From Deltaproteobacteria bacterium (GTDB taxonomy: Bacteria > Myxococcota_A > UBA9042 > PHBI01), in NCBI GenBank assembly GCA_016792665.1, contig JAEUKJ010000497.1:1490-65489 (forward strand): a stretch of 64,000 bases of DNA. Direction: 5' to 3'. Position numbers and translations under genes: made by a program. Each line of letters opens with the position of its first letter. The stretch's first letter is position 1. Below the pieces are notes generated by a model. It saw only the letters and a program-made list of their open reading frames with translations, was not told the origin of the DNA and searched no databases. Of the stretch, positions 61,598 through 64,000 are shown in pieces.

Positions 61598-64000
61598 GAC
61601 TCCTCGCTCTCACGTCTCTCGTCGTGCTCGCCGTCGGAGGGGGCGGCTGCCCCGAGGACGCCAAGCCGAGCGACGACACCTCGGTCGATACCGACACGGG
61701 CGCGCCCGACACCGACCTGGTCGACGATACCGACGAGGTCGAGGACGTCGACACGACTGCCCCGGACGAGGTAGACAGCGCCGACGTCGAGGACACGGGC
61801 CCGGACAGCGCGGACACCGTCGATACAATCGACCCTGACGCCCCGGATCTCACCGAGCCTGGGACCTTCACGGTCGGCGAGGCGAACCTGCCGCAGGAGT
61901 ACGTCTTCAAGTCCGTGTGGGCGGGCGAGACGGGCCGCGTGGTCGCGGTCGGCAACGATGGCATCGTGGCCACGCAGGAGCTCGATGGGTCGTGGCGCGT
62001 CCTCGCGCGGGCCGAGGGCGCCGACCTCTTGAACGCGGCGCACGGCTTCGACGGACAGAACCTGTGGGCGGTCGGACGTGCCGGCGCGATCTTGCGTGGG
62101 ACGGTCGATTCCTTCGGTGAATCAGGGGCTTGCCAGGTCGATGGCGACTGCCAGGACGGCGACTCCTGCACGGTCGATCGCTGCGTCGACAACGTGTGCG
62201 TGGCCGAGTCCACGCAGAGCTCGGGCTGCTGCGGGTGGACGCCCGGCTCGTGGAACTTCGACACCGGCACGCTGCAGTCGTGGGTGAACCAGGCGGCCCA
62301 GCAGATCGGCCCTTGGGGCTGGCAGGTCGTCTCGCGGCCGAACCGCAGCACCAGCGGGTCGTTTGCGCTCTGGTTCGGCAACCCCAACCTCGGGACCTAT
62401 GGGGGCGGCGTGCCGTTGGCGGCCACCATCCAGAGCCCGAACATCCGCCTGCCGCCGACCGGCACCGCGACCCTGAAGTTCAACGTGTACCTCGATGCCG
62501 AGCCCGACACGAGCTTCGACATCCTGGAGATCAGCGTGCAGAGCGGGGTCGAGCGCACCGAGGTGTGGCACAAGCGCAACCTCTCGAAGGTCCCGACCAA
62601 CGGCTTCGTCCCGGTCGAGGTCAACCTCACGCCGTGGCGCGGCAAGGTCATCCAGCTGCGCGTGCGCTTCGACTCGATCGACGAGACCGTCAACGACTTC
62701 GAGGGTCCCTATATCGACGACCTCCGCGTCGAGACCGCGTGCGTCGCGGGCGGGACTGGGTCCTTGCTCAACGGGCCGACCCTCTGGGGGGTCTATGGCC
62801 TCTCGAAGAACCTCGCGTTCGCGGTCGGCCGCGGCGGGGCCATCCTGCAGTTCGACGGCAGCACCTGGGCGCCGAGCAAGGGCGCCGACGAGAGCGCGGT
62901 GTGGAACGGCATGAGTGGCTTTGGCACGACGCTGTCGCTGGTCGGCAACAACGGCCAGGCCATCGTCGCGCGCGGGGCCGGGATCGAGACGGTCAACACC
63001 GGCACGAGCAACAACCTCCAGTCGGTCTTCACCCCAGACGGCATCCAGTTCTTCGCCGTGGGCGACCTCGGGACCCTCTTGCAGGGCACCGGGGTGGCCT
63101 GGACGCTGGCCGACCTCGGCCTCGCGGTGAGCATGCGTGCGGTGCATGGCGTGCGTGCCGACGATGTCTATGCGGTCGGCTACCAGGGCACCATCGTGCA
63201 CTGGAACGGCAGTGCGTGGCGCCTCCTGACGAGCCCGACCTCGGCCAACCTGTTGGGGGTCTGGGTCGACACGGCGGGCAAGGTGACGATCGTCGGGCAG
63301 GACGGAAAGATCTTCGAGGGCGACAAGGACCTGGGCTTCACCGAGGTCGCGATGCTCAACCAGGGCGGCGAGCTGACCAAGGTCTGGGGCATGCCGGACG
63401 GTTCGTTCATGGTTGCGGCCGGGACCCAGGGCAAGCTCGTCCAGCGCGTGGCCGGGGTCTGGTCGCCGATGACGTCCATCACGTCGCAGGCGCTCTCGGG
63501 CGTGTGGGGCACGTCGCCGACGGACGTCTGGGCCGTGGGTCGCAGCGGGCTCGCGTTGCGCTGGGACGGCACGCTGTGGAAGCGCGTCGTGACGCCGGTG
63601 ACCTCGCCGCTCACGACCGTGTGGGGTGACGCGGCCAACCGCTACTACGCGGCTGGCAGCGCGGGGGCCCTGCTCACGTGGAACGGCGAGGCCTGGGCGA
63701 GTGTCGCGTCGGGCACGACCGAGAACCTGCGCGCCGTCTTCGGACGCTCGGGGACCGACGTGTGGACGGTGGGCGCCAATGGCACGATCCTGCACTACAA
63801 CGGGCTTGGCTGGGGCAAGGTGAAGGTCGAGGGGATCCCCAACGCCGACGGCGGCACCGACCCCATCAAGGACGAGCTGCTCGCGGTCTGGATGGCCTCG
63901 GACAAAGACGGCTGGGCCGTCGGCGACAACGGCCGGATCCTGCGCTGGGACGGCCTCCAGTGGAACATCGTCGAGACCGACTGGAAGACCGCGTTGCGCG
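61594..64000 (+). CDS. lipoprotein with at least 12 propeller blades interrupted by a Cys knot and a jelly-roll (MAM / choice-of-anchor-like) insert; 3' end beyond the right edge
   Basis: Not in the ORF track because there is no stop in the window. My own translation from ATG 61594 (ATGA overlap with the upstream stop) gives MRLLALTSLVVLAVGGGGC, a DT linker, and then blades. The insert runs CQVDGDCQDGDSCTVDRCVDNVCV...SGCCGWTPGSWNFDTGTLQSWV...FDILEISVQSG...LRVRFDSIDETVNDFEGPYIDDLRVE. More blades follow (VGRSGLALRWDGTLW, VGDNGRILRWDGLQW) up to position 64000. Confidence 0.75.
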   Translation, partial: MRLLALTSLVVLAVGGGGCPEDAKPSDDTSVDTDTGAPDTDLVDDTDEVEDVDTTAPDEVDSADVEDTGPDSADTVDTIDPDAPDLTEPGTFTVGEANLPQEYVFKSVWAGETGRVVAVGNDGIVATQELDGSWRVLARAEGADLLNAAHGFDGQNLWAVGRAGAILRGTVDSFGESGACQVDGDCQDGDSCTVDRCVDNVCVAESTQSSGCCGWTPGSWNFDTGTLQSWVNQAAQQIGPWGWQVVSRPNRSTSGSFALWFGNPNLGTYGGGVPLAATIQSPNIRLPPTGTATLKFNVYLDAEPDTSFDILEISVQSGVERTEVWHKRNLSKVPTNGFVPVEVNLTPWRGKVIQLRVRFDSIDETVNDFEGPYIDDLRVETACVAGGTGSLLNGPTLWGVYGLSKNLAFAVGRGGAILQFDGSTWAPSKGADESAVWNGMSGFGTTLSLVGNNGQAIVARGAGIETVNTGTSNNLQSVFTPDGIQFFAVGDLGTLLQGTGVAWTLADLGLAVSMRAVHGVRADDVYAVGYQGTIVHWNGSAWRLLTSPTSANLLGVWVDTAGKVTIVGQDGKIFEGDKDLGFTEVAMLNQGGELTKVWGMPDGSFMVAAGTQGKLVQRVAGVWSPMTSITSQALSGVWGTSPTDVWAVGRSGLALRWDGTLWKRVVTPVTSPLTTVWGDAANRYYAAGSAGALLTWNGEAWASVASGTTENLRAVFGRSGTDVWTVGANGTILHYNGLGWGKVKVEGIPNADGGTDPIKDELLAVWMASDKDGWAVGDNGRILRWDGLQWNIVETDWKTALR

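Overview
High-GC chromosomal DNA with strong GC3 bias (judged by eye, not computed). Gene content and lipoprotein style suggest a Myxococcota/Bradymonadota-like deltaproteobacterium; this is inference only. The window spans the probable replication origin: recF<-dnaN<- [944-bp gene-free gap with DnaA-box-like cluster] ->dnaA->rpmH->rnpA->yidD->yidC->jag. To the left, 25 of 34 CDS are on the minus strand. They include a >1,580-aa alpha-2-macroglobulin lipoprotein that runs off the left edge, a secreted Lon-like S16 peptidase, an L,D-transpeptidase and other lipoproteins, a GcvR-like ACT protein, an ornithine cyclodeaminase-family enzyme, NUDIX, a CRTAC1/ASPIC FG-GAP protein and a DASS transporter. 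Further left-arm genes are two overlapping P-loop ATPases followed by a GGDEF cyclase, feoAB, an EEP nuclease/phosphatase, a HAMP histidine kinase, gcvPB, a SurA/PrsA-like PPIase, a YkgJ-type Cys-cluster protein, proB and murA. To the right, 11 of 14 CDS are on the plus strand: the dnaA-to-jag block, ftsE-ftsX-envC-like on the minus strand, a beta-barrel OMP, and an operon of four very large lipoproteins that runs off the right edge. The most noteworthy observations are: (1) that lipoprotein operon, which has no characterised counterpart I can name; (2) the rearranged dnaA neighbourhood and a GGGGAT(C/A)-rich box cluster in the origin gap; (3) a roughly 150-bp intergenic element present twice, each copy flanked by long direct repeats, with a hairpin showing a compensatory base-pair change; (4) the tandem ATPase pair; (5) MurA with Asp in place of the fosfomycin-target Cys. 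No rRNA, tRNA, CRISPR array or transposase was seen. Start codons are predictions, and every family assignment rests on motifs read from the translations, not on database searches.
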